Below are positions 43,107 through 55,527 of a stretch of DNA of 64,000 nt, piece after piece (positions within the stretch are counted from its first letter, which is position 1; each line of letters begins with the position of its first letter). The position numbers and the translations under genes are program-made. The stretch lies in NCBI GenBank assembly GCA_049852185.1, contig CP187540.1, one strand, 5' to 3'. This DNA comes from Methanocaldococcus sp. 28A (GTDB lineage: Archaea; AGJL01; Methanococci; Methanococcales; Methanocaldococcaceae). Under the pieces are notes generated by a model. That model saw only the letters and a list, made by a program, of their open reading frames with translations, made no database searches and was not told where the DNA came from.

Positions 43107-43823
43107 ATGAGAGTTATAGGTGTTATAGGCTATAAGGATTCTGGTAAAACTACACTAATTGAAGAAATTTTAAAACATTCTGATAAAAAAATAGCTGTTA
43201 TTAAACATTCAGGAAAAGATGTAGAAGTAGATAGTGAAAAAACTGACACTTACAGACTATCAAATGCAGGGGCTAAAGTAACTGTTTTATCAACTGACAG
43301 CAAAACAGTATTCTTTACTGGTAGAAGGGATTTAGAAAATATTTTGGCAGAGTTATCTAATTATGATATAGATTTTGTTATCATAGAAGGTTTTAAAGAA
43401 GCTTTAAAGAGATTAAATATTCCTAAGATAGTTATGCTTAAAGATAAAGAGGGTAGTGAGCTAATTGATGAACATACAGCAATGGTAATTGAAGATTACA
43501 ACTACAACATTGATGATGTTCTAAAGATTATTTATGAAAAAGCTACAATCCCAACAATGAATTTAAACTGCAAACATTGTGGATACAATTGTAAAACATT
43601 TGTTAAGGCAGTTGTTAAAGGAGAGGCTAAGTGGGATGATTGTGTATTAGCAAAAGGTATAAAAATAATTGTTGATGGTAAAATAATCCCAGCTGTTCCT
43701 TTTGTATCTAAGATTGTTGGTAACACAATTAAAGCAATGGTTGGGTCATTAAAGGGTGTTGATAATCCAAAGAATATTAAGATTGAGATTGACATTTCTA
43801 AGATAGGACTTTCGGAGGAATAA
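43107..43823 (+). CDS. mobB: Molybdopterin-guanine dinucleotide biosynthesis protein B with C-terminal Fe-S domain
   Basis: GYKDSGKTT, VIKH, IEGFK, NCKHCGYNC. Confidence 0.9.
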   Translation: MRVIGVIGYKDSGKTTLIEEILKHSDKKIAVIKHSGKDVEVDSEKTDTYRLSNAGAKVTVLSTDSKTVFFTGRRDLENILAELSNYDIDFVIIEGFKEALKRLNIPKIVMLKDKEGSELIDEHTAMVIEDYNYNIDDVLKIIYEKATIPTMNLNCKHCGYNCKTFVKAVVKGEAKWDDCVLAKGIKIIVDGKIIPAVPFVSKIVGNTIKAMVGSLKGVDNPKNIKIEIDISKIGLSEE

Positions 43824-43884
43824 ATAATTTATTGAACATGGACACCTTAAACTCCAAACTAATACATAAAGTGCGAAAGTCTTA
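43804..43884. repeat. Palindromic repeat family A overlapping the mobB 3' end
   Basis: TAGGACTTTCGGAGGAATAA ... GCGAAAGTCTTA. Confidence 0.82.
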
Positions 43885-44029
43885 CCAAAACCAAAATATT
43901 TAAATAATAGTAGTGTATTATAGTAAAGTTGGCTACAATTTAAACATCAATATGAAGGAATATAAATTCCGATACAGATATAAATATTTTTATAAATATA
44001 GATGTAATAAAAATTAAGTGAGGGATAGT

Positions 44030-44299
44030 ATGGAAAAATATGAAAAAGCGGCGGAAATATTTAAGGCATTTGGAGACCCAACAAGATTAATGATTTTAAA
44101 GCTATTAGCTGAGAATGGAAGCATGTGTGTTTGTAAGATAATAGATGAATTAAAAAAGCCACAACCAACAATCTCACACCATTTGAACATTTTAAAGAAA
44201 GCTGGAATTGTTAAAGCAAGAAAAGAAGGAACATGGAACTTTTACTACATAGTTGATGATAGAGTTAAGGAAATTATTAAATTAGTTGATGAATTATAA
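44030..44299 (+). CDS. ArsR/SmtB family transcriptional regulator
   Basis: FKAFGDPTRL, MCVC, QPTISHHL..LK.AG.V. Confidence 0.92.
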   Translation: MEKYEKAAEIFKAFGDPTRLMILKLLAENGSMCVCKIIDELKKPQPTISHHLNILKKAGIVKARKEGTWNFYYIVDDRVKEIIKLVDEL

Positions 44300-44379
44300 T
44301 AAGACTTTCGTTATTGAACATGGAACACTTTAAAGATATCTAAATTCCAAATTAGTATATAAAGTGCGAAAGTTCTATT
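44298..44379. repeat. Palindromic repeat family A, degenerate
   Basis: AATAAGACTTTCG ... TGCGAAAGTTCTATT; interior most similar to the 43804 copy. Confidence 0.8.
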
Positions 44380-44581
44380 ACAAATTTCTCTTTTAAAATT
44401 TAAATTGTAAGTGTTTTATTTTTTCTTTTTTAACTTTAAAAAATATTTATATCTTTTTTAGATTAATATTATAAGCTCTTAGAAGCTTATATTGTAATTC
44501 TAATTAATGATATCAATCGCAATAATATTTAAATTTTATTTTAAATTTATAATTAATTATTTTCATAACTAAGGTGGAATT

Positions 44582-45685
44582 ATGGGAATTGAAGAGGAAA
44601 TTAGAAGAATAGAAGAGGAGTTAAAAAAAACACCCTACAACAAAGCTACACAGAAACACATTGGTAGGTTGAAAGCTAAGTTGGCTAAATTGAGAGAGCA
44701 AGCACAAAGTAGAGGGGGAGGTGGAGGAGGTAAGGGATATGCGGTAAAGAAGAGTGGAGATGCTACTGCAGCTTTCGTAGGATTTCCATCTGTTGGAAAA
44801 TCAACTCTGCTAAATAAATTAACAAATGCTAAATCAGAAGTCGGAGCTTATGCATTCACAACACTAACAATTGTTCCAGGAGTTTTAGAACATAAAGGTG
44901 CTAAAATTCAGCTTTTAGATGCTCCGGGCATTATTGTTGGGGCCTCATCAGGAAAAGGTAGAGGGACTGAGGTTTTATCTGCAGTAAGAAGTGCTGATTT
45001 AATTCTATTGACGGTTGATATTTATACCTTAGAACATCTTCCAGTTATTGAAAAAGAACTTTACAATGTAGGAATTAGATTAGACCAAAGACCTCCAGAT
45101 GTTAAAATTAAAGTTAAAGATAGAGGAGGGATTAATGTTAGCTCAACAGTTCCATTAACCCATATAGATGAAGATACAATTGAAGCTATCTTAAATGAAT
45201 ATAGAATACACAACGCAGATGTTGTTATAAGGGAGGATATTACATTAGAACAATTTATTGATGTTGTAGCAGGGAATAGAGTTTATATCCCCTCTTTAGT
45301 AGTTGTAAATAAGATAGACTTAGCTGATGAAGAATATCTAAAGTATATAAAACAAAAATTAGAAGAGTTTGGTAAAGAGTATGTTTTAGTTTCTGGAAAT
45401 AAAAATATTAATTTAGATTTATTGAAAGATAAAATCTATGAAAAATTAGGATTTATAAAGATTTATTTAAAACCACAAGGAAAAAAACCAGATTTCGATG
45501 AGCCACTAATTATGAGAAGGGGAGCTACTGTAAAGGATGTTTGTGAGAAGTTACATAAAGACTTTGTTAGGAATTTTAGATATGCTCAAGTTTGGGGCAA
45601 GTCTGCAAAACATCCTGGGCAGAGAGTTGGATTAGACCATAAATTAGAGGACGAAGATATTTTAACAATTGTCATAAAGAGATAA
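44582..45685 (+). CDS. DRG/Rbg (OBG family) GTP-binding protein with TGS domain
   Basis: NKAT..H.G.LKAKLA, GFPSVGKS, FTT, DAPG, NKID. Confidence 0.93.
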   Translation: MGIEEEIRRIEEELKKTPYNKATQKHIGRLKAKLAKLREQAQSRGGGGGGKGYAVKKSGDATAAFVGFPSVGKSTLLNKLTNAKSEVGAYAFTTLTIVPGVLEHKGAKIQLLDAPGIIVGASSGKGRGTEVLSAVRSADLILLTVDIYTLEHLPVIEKELYNVGIRLDQRPPDVKIKVKDRGGINVSSTVPLTHIDEDTIEAILNEYRIHNADVVIREDITLEQFIDVVAGNRVYIPSLVVVNKIDLADEEYLKYIKQKLEEFGKEYVLVSGNKNINLDLLKDKIYEKLGFIKIYLKPQGKKPDFDEPLIMRRGATVKDVCEKLHKDFVRNFRYAQVWGKSAKHPGQRVGLDHKLEDEDILTIVIKR

Positions 45686-45748
45686 GATTAAGAAATAAAA
45701 TTAAAAAAAATAGATAAAATTTAATAATAGTATAATAGAGATGAAATT

Positions 45749-46633
45749 ATGGAGATTGAAGGCTATGAAAAAATTATAGAGGCTGGAAAAATAGCTTCCA
45801 AGGTTAGAGAAGAGGCAATAAAATTAATAAAACCAGGAGTTAAGTTATTAGAAGTTGCTGAATTTGTTGAAAATAGAATTAGAGAGTTAGGAGGAGAGCC
45901 AGCTTTTCCCTGCAACATATCAATTAATGAGATAGCTGCCCATTATACACCAAAATTGAATGATAACTTAGAGTTTAAAGAGGAAGATGTAGTTAAATTG
46001 GATTTAGGTGTTCATGTAGATGGATATATTGCAGATACAGCAATAACAGTAGATTTATCAAACTCTTATAAAGATTTGGTAAAAGCTTCTGAAGATGCAT
46101 TAAACACAGTTATTAAAGAGATAAATCCACCAATGAACATTGGAGAGATGGGAAGAATTATTCAAGAGGTTATTGAAAGTTATGGCTATAAACCAATTTC
46201 CAATCTCTCTGGACATGTAATGTATAGATATGAGTTGCATACAGGAATAAGCATACCAAACGTTTATGAAAGAACAAATCAATATATTGAGGTTGGAGAT
46301 TTAGTAGCTATAGAACCATTTGCAACAGATGGATTTGGTATGGTTAAAGATGGAAATCTTGGGAATATTTATAAGTTCTTAGCTAAGAGACCAATTAGAT
46401 TGCCACAAGCTCGAAAGCTTTTAGATGTTATATCAAAAAACTATGCCTATTTACCATTTGCTGAGAGATGGGTTTTAAAAAGTGAGAGTGATAGGTTAGC
46501 TTTAAACTCTTTAATGAGAGCATCTTGCATATATGGGTATCCAATATTGAAAGAAAGAGAAAATGGTATAGTTAGCCAAGCTGAGCACACAATATTAATA
46601 ACTGAAAACGGCATTGAGATAACAACAAAATAA
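45749..46633 (+). CDS. map: Type II methionine aminopeptidase
   Basis: AAHYTP, DLGVHVDGYIAD, LSGH, AIEPF, QAEHT. Confidence 0.95.
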   Translation: MEIEGYEKIIEAGKIASKVREEAIKLIKPGVKLLEVAEFVENRIRELGGEPAFPCNISINEIAAHYTPKLNDNLEFKEEDVVKLDLGVHVDGYIADTAITVDLSNSYKDLVKASEDALNTVIKEINPPMNIGEMGRIIQEVIESYGYKPISNLSGHVMYRYELHTGISIPNVYERTNQYIEVGDLVAIEPFATDGFGMVKDGNLGNIYKFLAKRPIRLPQARKLLDVISKNYAYLPFAERWVLKSESDRLALNSLMRASCIYGYPILKERENGIVSQAEHTILITENGIEITTK

Positions 46634-46648
46634 ATTTTGGTGAACAAA

Positions 46649-47215
46649 ATGATTGTTATCTTAGACAATGGAGGGCAGTATGTTCATAGAATACACAGAA
46701 GTTTGAAATATATTGGAGTTAGCTCAAAGATTATTCCAAATACAACACCATTAGAAGAAATTGAAAGTTATGAAGAAGTTAAAGGAATAATACTAAGTGG
46801 AGGTCCAGATATAGAAAAAGCAAAGAGCTGTATAGATGTTGCTTTAAATGCAAAACTTCCTATTTTAGGGATTTGTTTAGGGCATCAGTTAATTGCATTA
46901 GCATATGGTGGAGAAGTTGGAAGGGCTGAAGCTGAAGAATATGCATTAACAAAAGTTTATGTTGATAAGGAAAATGATTTGTTCAAAAATGTTCCAAAGG
47001 AGTTTAATGCATGGGCTTCACATAAGGATGAAGTTAAAAAAATCCCAGAAGGTTTTGAAATTTTAGCTCATTCAGATATATGTAATGTTGAGGCAATGAA
47101 GCATAAAACAAAACCAATTTATGGTGTTCAATTCCATCCTGAAGTGGCACATACAGAATACGGAAGTGAAATTTTGAAAAACTTTTGTAAGGTTTGCGGT
47201 TATAATTTTGAATAA
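46649..47215 (+). CDS. guaAA: GMP synthase glutamine amidotransferase subunit A
   Basis: GGQY, LSGGP, GICLGHQ, QFHPEV. Confidence 0.93.
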   Translation: MIVILDNGGQYVHRIHRSLKYIGVSSKIIPNTTPLEEIESYEEVKGIILSGGPDIEKAKSCIDVALNAKLPILGICLGHQLIALAYGGEVGRAEAEEYALTKVYVDKENDLFKNVPKEFNAWASHKDEVKKIPEGFEILAHSDICNVEAMKHKTKPIYGVQFHPEVAHTEYGSEILKNFCKVCGYNFE

Positions 47216-47282
47216 TAACAAAATTTATATATGCTGATAACAACATATATCTAAATAATTCAAATCTTTTTTGGTGGGATTA

Positions 47283-47849
47283 ATGCCATTATTACTAATT
47301 GTTGTTGGTTTAATCATTACATTGATTGTTTTAGGTATTGTAATTTATATTATCTCAATATACAACAGATTCCAGACGTTAAAAAATGGGGCTGAAGCAA
47401 CATTAGGACAGATAAGAGTAGCTTTAAAAAAGAGATTGGATATGATTAATCAGCTTGTTGAAGCCGTAAAAAGTTACGCAAGTTTTGAAAAAGAGACATT
47501 AACAAAAATAACTGAGCTAAGAAGTAGTGTTTTAAAGGCAAACACAACAGAAGAAATTCAAAATATTGAGAGAAAATCAAGAAATATTTTGGGAAATATT
47601 TTAGTTGCTGTTGAAAACTATCCAGAGTTAAAAACATCTGAGACAGTTAAAGAACTAATGAAAGCTATAAGAGAGATAGAGGACGAGATTGCAAGACATA
47701 GGTACACATACAACAATATAGTTCAGGAATTTAACACAAAAATTGATGTTTTTCCTTCAAATATTGTAGCAAATATATTTGGATTTAAAAAGATGGATTA
47801 CTTACAATTTGAAGAAGAAATCTATGAAAGACCTAAAATTAACTTTTAA
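47283..47849 (+). CDS. lemA: LemA family protein
   Basis: N-terminal TM, YN, KRLD..LVE.VK.YA..E, ENYPELK, R..YN..V..FN....FPSNIVA. Confidence 0.92.
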   Translation: MPLLLIVVGLIITLIVLGIVIYIISIYNRFQTLKNGAEATLGQIRVALKKRLDMINQLVEAVKSYASFEKETLTKITELRSSVLKANTTEEIQNIERKSRNILGNILVAVENYPELKTSETVKELMKAIREIEDEIARHRYTYNNIVQEFNTKIDVFPSNIVANIFGFKKMDYLQFEEEIYERPKINF

Positions 47850-47859
47850 ATTTTTTAAT

Positions 47860-47954
47860 TTAGGACTTTCACAGTTTATAATATTTTTTAAGGAATTAAG
47901 ATGCCTTTAAGCATCAAAAGTTCATTGTTATATTTATTCCTGCGAAAGTCCTAA
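47860..47954. repeat. Palindromic repeat family A (reverse orientation)
   Basis: TTAGGACTTTCACAG ... CTGCGAAAGTCCTAA; internal GATGC-CTTTAA-GCATC. Confidence 0.88.
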
Positions 47955-47971
47955 GATTTTGAGGGATTTTT

Positions 47972-49807
47972 ATGAAAGAAGAAAAGAAAATAATTATTTT
48001 TTGCAGTGTTGTTTTTATTGTTGGGGTTTTAGGAGTATTTTTTGTTAATTCAAATATAATGGAACTTTCTAATATTTATGTTAAGAATTATGAAGCAAAT
48101 TTATATATTGGCAAAAATTTAACCTTAGAAGAAAAATATACTTATGTAATTTTGGTAGATGGTAGATATAGAATGCTATATAGAGATTGGAAAGTTCCAT
48201 TAACTTACAATGAGAGCTTAGAAATTCCTTATATAAGAGTTTTAAATCTTTCAGCATCGTCAAAAAATATGGTTGGATATGTTGTGGATTATAAAGGAGA
48301 TATTTTTGTTTTTGGAAATGTTGATAGGTGGATAATATCTAACCTATATAACCTTGTATATGAATATTATATTAGAAATGAAGTTGGATTTTATAATCCC
48401 CATTATTATAATGCTGGAATTTATACAACAAACTACAAATTTTACATATATCCTCCAATTGAAACTGATAATAAAGTTTATCATATAAATTTACTACTCG
48501 CAGATGAGCATTTACCGTATAAAACTGTCAAAATAAATATAATTGATAAAAATAACAGCATATTAAATTTATTTGTTTATCCATCAACATATAAAGTTTA
48601 TAAAACAAGTTTTGGGTATACAATTGAGGGTAGTAGCCCAAAAGATGAACCGATTGAAATAGAAATGCTATTAAAACCAAATTCTGTTAATGGATTCTTA
48701 AATTATATGGACAAAGTTGAAGAGAAAACATTATCAGCCTATAACAAATACATTTTAATAAATAACATTATAATGGCTGTAAAATACCTTTTAATAGTTG
48801 TAATATTAACCTTTCCTTTAATTGCTTACTTTATATATCTAAGATATGGAAAAGAGAAATCTTATGTAGTTCCTGAATATTTAAGCTATGTTCCAAACAA
48901 AAATAGAAAGCCATGGGTTGTTAATCTTATATTTAATGGTGAGGTGGGAAATTTTGATAAAAATGGATTTTATGCTACATTATTAGATTTACATAATAGA
49001 GGCTACATAAAGATAATTAGGGATAACGGAAATATAAAAATAAAAATTTTAAAGAAAGCTGAAGAATTAAATGATTTAGATTTATATGAGAAAGAAGTGA
49101 TGGACTTTTTAATTAGATATTCTAAAAATGATGAGTTCAATCCAAAAGACATTGAAAACTCTATTAAAAATATAGGAGATGAATATAAAATTAAAAGGTT
49201 GTGGAATGAGATTAATAGCGTTATGAAATATCCTCCATTTTCATCAACATTAACAAAGATGTTCTTAGAAACAAAAGGTAGAGATATATTATGGATATCT
49301 TTGGCTGTCTCTATAGGATTGGCGTTAATTTTATTTGGAATCTCAATGAATTACTCTAAATACTACCCAACACTTAAAGATATTCCATATCTCTCAATTA
49401 TCTTAGTTATACAGAACATAATATTGATATTAACTCCAAAATCTCTATTTGGAAGATGGAAAAACGGCTACTATAAAGAAAAACTTGAATGGGATGCATT
49501 TAAAAAATTTCTATCTGACCTTGCAATGATTAAAAAATATTCTCCAGAAGATATTTCAATTTGGAGAGATTGGTTAATATATGGAACTGCTTTAGGAGTA
49601 GGAGATAAAGTTGTAGAGGCGATGAAATCATTAAATATAAATATTCCTGAAGCAGATATAGCTCCAGCAGTTTATATTGCATATGGTTCAATGTATTCTT
49701 CCATAAATAATGCTTATAGCTCTACTGTCGCAAGTTCTTCTTCAAGTTCTATTGGTGGCTTTGGAGCTGGAGGAGGATTTGGTGGTGGTGGGGGAGGAGC
49801 AAGATAA
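47972..49807 (+). CDS. DUF2207-like membrane protein
   Basis: [20 protein letters not shown]-terminal [12 protein letters not shown]; adjacent to lemA. Confidence 0.88.
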   Translation: MKEEKKIIIFCSVVFIVGVLGVFFVNSNIMELSNIYVKNYEANLYIGKNLTLEEKYTYVILVDGRYRMLYRDWKVPLTYNESLEIPYIRVLNLSASSKNMVGYVVDYKGDIFVFGNVDRWIISNLYNLVYEYYIRNEVGFYNPHYYNAGIYTTNYKFYIYPPIETDNKVYHINLLLADEHLPYKTVKINIIDKNNSILNLFVYPSTYKVYKTSFGYTIEGSSPKDEPIEIEMLLKPNSVNGFLNYMDKVEEKTLSAYNKYILINNIIMAVKYLLIVVILTFPLIAYFIYLRYGKEKSYVVPEYLSYVPNKNRKPWVVNLIFNGEVGNFDKNGFYATLLDLHNRGYIKIIRDNGNIKIKILKKAEELNDLDLYEKEVMDFLIRYSKNDEFNPKDIENSIKNIGDEYKIKRLWNEINSVMKYPPFSSTLTKMFLETKGRDILWISLAVSIGLALILFGISMNYSKYYPTLKDIPYLSIILVIQNIILILTPKSLFGRWKNGYYKEKLEWDAFKKFLSDLAMIKKYSPEDISIWRDWLIYGTALGVGDKVVEAMKSLNINIPEADIAPAVYIAYGSMYSSINNAYSSTVASSSSSSIGGFGAGGGFGGGGGGAR

Positions 49808-49820
49808 ATTGAGGGAAATT

Positions 49821-50585
49821 ATGGAAAAAAAGGTTATAATAGTTGGAGCAGGTCCAGGAGACCCAGAGTTGATAACAATCAAAGGTAAAAAAGCTATAGA
49901 AGAGGCAGATGTTATTATTTATGCTGGCTCGTTAGTTAATGAAAAGATTTTAGAATATAACAAAAAAAATGCTGAAATTTACAATAGTGCAAATATGGAT
50001 TTAGAGGAAATTGTTAATGTAATGGTTAAAGCAGTTGAACAAGGAAAAAAAGTTGTTAGATTGCACACAGGAGACCCATCTATTTATGGAGCTATAAAGG
50101 AGCAGATTGATGAATTAGCAAAATATGGAATAGACGTTGAAATAATTCCAGGAGTTAGTTCTTTATTTGCAGCAACTGCATCATTGAAGGTTGAACTAAC
50201 TCTTCCAGAAGTCTCTCAGACAGTTATTATTACAAGACCTGAAGGAAGAACCCCAATGCCAGAAAAAGAAAAGCTTAGAGATTTGGCTAAGCACCAATCA
50301 ACAATGGCTATTTTTTTAGGAGTTTCAATGATTGATAAAGTTGTTAAAGAACTAATTGAAGGAGGTTATAAAGAAGAAACTCCAGTAGCTGTAGTATATC
50401 ACGCATCATGGGATGATGAGAAAATAGTTAAAGGAACTTTAAAGGATATAGCTGAAAAGGTTAAAAAAGAGGGGATTAAAAAAACCGCCTTAATAATTGT
50501 TGGAGAAGTTTTAAATCCAAAGCATTATGCATATTCAAAACTTTATGATAAAGAATTCGAACATGGATACAGAAAGAAAAAATAA
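49821..50585 (+). CDS. cbiF: Cobalt-precorrin-4 C11-methyltransferase
   Basis: VGAGPGDPELIT, YAGSL, RLHTGDPSIYG, SKLYD; start corrected to ATG 49821. Confidence 0.93.
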   Translation: MEKKVIIVGAGPGDPELITIKGKKAIEEADVIIYAGSLVNEKILEYNKKNAEIYNSANMDLEEIVNVMVKAVEQGKKVVRLHTGDPSIYGAIKEQIDELAKYGIDVEIIPGVSSLFAATASLKVELTLPEVSQTVIITRPEGRTPMPEKEKLRDLAKHQSTMAIFLGVSMIDKVVKELIEGGYKEETPVAVVYHASWDDEKIVKGTLKDIAEKVKKEGIKKTALIIVGEVLNPKHYAYSKLYDKEFEHGYRKKK

Positions 50586-50732
50586 TTTTGATGAAACTTT
50601 TTCTAAAAGCATAGAGGGAAACCACGTCCATTATGTTACCCTAAAAGAGGCAATTAATGTCCATAATTGTGAGGCATTGCTTTCTTTAGGAAGCAATGTA
50701 TCCGTTTTGATGAAACTTTTTTTAAAAGTTTC
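50586..50732. repeat. Third repeat type: 24-bp direct repeats enclosing hairpins
   Basis: TTTTGATGAAACTTTTT(C/T)TAAAAG at 50586 and 50705; internal CATTGCTTTC-TTTA-GGAAGCAATG hairpin. Confidence 0.75.
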
Positions 50733-50751
50733 CTATAGAAAGGAAAAACAA

Positions 50752-50964
50752 TTACTTATTTTTTCTCTCTTCTATTTTTTCAAGCAATATTTTTAAATCA
50801 GTTTTTTTAGTTATATCAGTTTCTGTTTCTAAGAGCTCTTTAACTTTTTGTTCAAGCTCTTCTAAGCTTTCAGCACTTTCTAAAAGCTCTTTAATAAACT
50901 CCATATTTGCCATATAAGGCAAAGCTTCAAGCATTAACAATTTAATCTCTTCTCTTTGGCTCAT
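50752..50964 (-). CDS. Small helical hypothetical protein (70 aa)
   Basis: Typical Glu/Lys composition; overlaps the upstream DUF2304 gene. Confidence 0.75.
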   Translation of the reverse strand: MSQREEIKLLMLEALPYMANMEFIKELLESAESLEELEQKVKELLETETDITKKTDLKILLEKIEERKNK

Positions 50965-51286
50965 ATCTATCCCTTATAGCAATTTCTCTAACTATATATG
51001 TTATCTGTCTCTCTAAATTATCTATTTTAGCATACAACCTATAAATTAGGTAAAATAGAACTACAATTGATATATACATGAGAGCATCTACTCCTCTTCC
51101 AACTCCTAAAATATCAGCCACATACCCAAAAAATTCTGGAAATATTAAGAATACTATAACAGAACTCCAAACAAAAATCCAGAATAACCCTTCAGTTATC
51201 CTCATACTTCTCTTTTTTAACTGCAATATAACCCTTGACAATGCAAATAATGCAAATGCAACTCCTACTATCTGAATCAGTCCCAT
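50942..51286 (-). CDS. DUF2304-like membrane protein
   Basis: W..W, FPE..A.ILGVGRGVD, IT.IVREIAI. Confidence 0.85.
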   Translation of the reverse strand: MGLIQIVGVAFALFALSRVILQLKKRSMRITEGLFWIFVWSSVIVFLIFPEFFGYVADILGVGRGVDALMYISIVVLFYLIYRLYAKIDNLERQITYIVREIAIRDRYEPKRRD

Positions 51287-51358
51287 AATCTTTCCTCCAA
51301 AATTTTTATAAACTTCTTACTTTAATTAATCTTTTACTAAGGTCATATATATTTTTAG

Positions 51359-53355
<1,997 letters not shown>

Positions 53356-53399
53356 TTTATCCCCCATTAAAATTATTTAATTTTTATTTAGGTGGTTCT

Positions 53400-54140
53400 A
53401 TGATTTATGTTGATGCCCACTGCCATATAGAGGATAAAGCATTTAATAAAAATAGAGACGAAGTAATTGAGAGGGCTAAAAAAGATAATGTTATAATAGT
53501 AACTAGTGGAGCAAGCTTAGGAGGATGTTTGAGAGCCTTAGAATATAAAAAGAGATATAATATTTATTTAACTTTAGGTTATCATCCTTCAAGAGTAAAA
53601 GCTGATGATAAAGTTGTAGAGAAGGTTTATAATTTAATTAAAAATAATGAGAATGAGATTTTAGCTGTTGGAGAAATTGGAATGGATATTAAAGATGAAA
53701 ACTATGAAAGGCAAGAAGTAATATTTAAAAAATTTTTATCATTAGCCATTGAGTTGGATAAACCAATTGTAGTTCATGCAAGAGGTTTTGAGAGGAAGAT
53801 ATTTGATATAGCTAAAGATAAAGTTGATATTATGTTTCACTGCTACAGTGGAGATTTAGAGTTAGCTAAGGAAATAATTAAGGAGGAGCATTTAATATCA
53901 ATCTCAACATTGGTTTGCTTTTCAGAACATCACAAAAAACTTGTTGAGAGCTTAGATTTGGATTATCTAACAACAGAAACTGACAGCCCTTATTTATCTC
54001 CAATTAAAGGAGCTAAAAATGAACCAAAAAATGTTAAATTGGTTGTTGAAGAGATAGCTAAAATTAAAGAGATGGATGTTGAAGAAGTGAAAAATACTAT
54101 ATATAAAAATACTTGCAAATTTTTTAAGAGGAGATTATAA
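53400..54140 (+). CDS. tatD: TatD family hydrolase/nuclease
   Basis: DAHCH, GYHP, GEIGMD, HAR, FHCYSG, ETDSPY; start corrected to 53400. Confidence 0.92.
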   Translation: MIYVDAHCHIEDKAFNKNRDEVIERAKKDNVIIVTSGASLGGCLRALEYKKRYNIYLTLGYHPSRVKADDKVVEKVYNLIKNNENEILAVGEIGMDIKDENYERQEVIFKKFLSLAIELDKPIVVHARGFERKIFDIAKDKVDIMFHCYSGDLELAKEIIKEEHLISISTLVCFSEHHKKLVESLDLDYLTTETDSPYLSPIKGAKNEPKNVKLVVEEIAKIKEMDVEEVKNTIYKNTCKFFKRRL

Positions 54141-54517
54141 TGTTTTACTTAAAACCTATTGGAATTGTAGGGCAGAATGAGAATTATACTATTTTAGAGA
54201 TATTTGATGAATATATAGATGGATTAGAGGGTTTAAAAGAAGGAAATTATATTATTATTCTTCTTTGGTTTCACAAAAGTGATGATGAGGAAAAAAGAAA
54301 AATTTTAAAGGTTCGTCCAAAAGGGAATATAAAAAATCCATTAAAGGGTGTGTTTGCTACTCGCTCTCCATATAGACCAAATCCAATTGGAAAATACACA
54401 GTAAAAATCCGCAAAATTAATAAAAATAAAATTTTTATTGATAAAATTGATGCTTATGATAAGACACCAATTATTGATATAAAAATATTTTCAGAAGAGT
54501 TGGATTGTCCAAAATAA
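54140..54517 (+). CDS. TrmO/TsaA-like SAM-binding tRNA methyltransferase
   Basis: LKPIG, GVFATRSPYRPNPIG, TPIIDIK. Confidence 0.88.
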   Translation: MFYLKPIGIVGQNENYTILEIFDEYIDGLEGLKEGNYIIILLWFHKSDDEEKRKILKVRPKGNIKNPLKGVFATRSPYRPNPIGKYTVKIRKINKNKIFIDKIDAYDKTPIIDIKIFSEELDCPK

Positions 54518-55438
54518 TTATTTTTTATCTCCATAATATATCTTTACAGCCTCTTCCAAACTCTTTCCTTCAATAGTTATTGCATATATTGCGTTGCACA
54601 TCCTTATAGCATCATCTAATGGTTTTTGATGGATATTTCTTCCTGTTGCATTACCTCTTGCTCCACTAATATTTATCTGCTCCCAAATCTGCTTTAAGAA
54701 TTTTTCTGGTTCAATACTTTTTCCTCCAGCACATAAAACTCCAGTTCTCCCTGCAGCTAAAACTGCCTCTTTAAATCTCTCTGCTGGATTGTCACACTTT
54801 GGATAATTAACTTTAACAAAATCAGCACCTAAGCATGCTGCAACTCCTGCAGCTCCAGCAATTAAATGAGGGTCTTTTTCATCTTTAACATTTTTACCTC
54901 TTGGATAACTCCAAATTATTGCAATTAATCCATGCTTATGAGCATCTAATATAACTTTAGATGCCTCTTCAAACATAATATGTTCATATTCACTTCCAGG
55001 ATATATAGTGTAACCAACTCCTAATATATTTAGCCCAGTGTTTTCTTTAAACTCAACAACATCTCTAACCGTTACTAACGCTCTGCTTATAGGGTCTCTA
55101 CTTTTTACTAAATGTGTCTTTGAATTAATCTTTACAATATAAGGAATCTTTTTATAATCCATTCCATATCTCGCTATTAAACCAAGTTGGGTGGCAAAAG
55201 CACAAATCTTTCCTTTGCTTGCTATATTAAATAAATGCTCGGGAGATGCATCTTCTTTAGCAATATTTTCTCCAAAGAAGTCATCATTTAAATGCTCCAT
55301 CTTTTGGTCTCCAGCAAATAACATAACATTTCCTGTCTTTTTTGTAAGTTCTAAATAGTTGCTAATATACTCTTTTTTAACGGTTTCTGGAACAGTTAAT
55401 GGAATTTTCACATCTCTCTTTCTAAGTTTTTTTACCAT
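54518..55438 (-). CDS. Class I (DhnA-type) aldolase; fructose-bisphosphate aldolase / 6-deoxy-5-ketofructose-1-phosphate synthase type
   Basis: AGDQK.EH, WSYPRG, LGADFVKVNYP, AGG, GRNIHQ. Confidence 0.88.
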   Translation of the reverse strand: MVKKLRKRDVKIPLTVPETVKKEYISNYLELTKKTGNVMLFAGDQKMEHLNDDFFGENIAKEDASPEHLFNIASKGKICAFATQLGLIARYGMDYKKIPYIVKINSKTHLVKSRDPISRALVTVRDVVEFKENTGLNILGVGYTIYPGSEYEHIMFEEASKVILDAHKHGLIAIIWSYPRGKNVKDEKDPHLIAGAAGVAACLGADFVKVNYPKCDNPAERFKEAVLAAGRTGVLCAGGKSIEPEKFLKQIWEQINISGARGNATGRNIHQKPLDDAIRMCNAIYAITIEGKSLEEAVKIYYGDKK

Positions 55439-55527
55439 AAAAACCCCCACAATTAATATATTTATTATTACCAAACATATTATATTATTAACATCATCAT
55501 ATTAATAAATTCCTGTTGAGGGAAAGT

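Noticed and set aside
44470-44491. Palindrome TATAAGCT-N6-AGCTTATA upstream of the DRG GTPase
   Set aside because: Single AT-rich occurrence; cannot be distinguished from chance or assigned to a regulator
50586-50728. Possible two-repeat CRISPR
   Set aside because: Only two repeats, a 95-bp structured spacer, no GAAA(C/G) repeat end, no leader or cas genes
50527-50796. 89-aa ORF spanning the repeat element
   Set aside because: Overlaps cbiF and the convergent gene; the repeated FDETF/LMKLF peptides are translations of the DNA repeat
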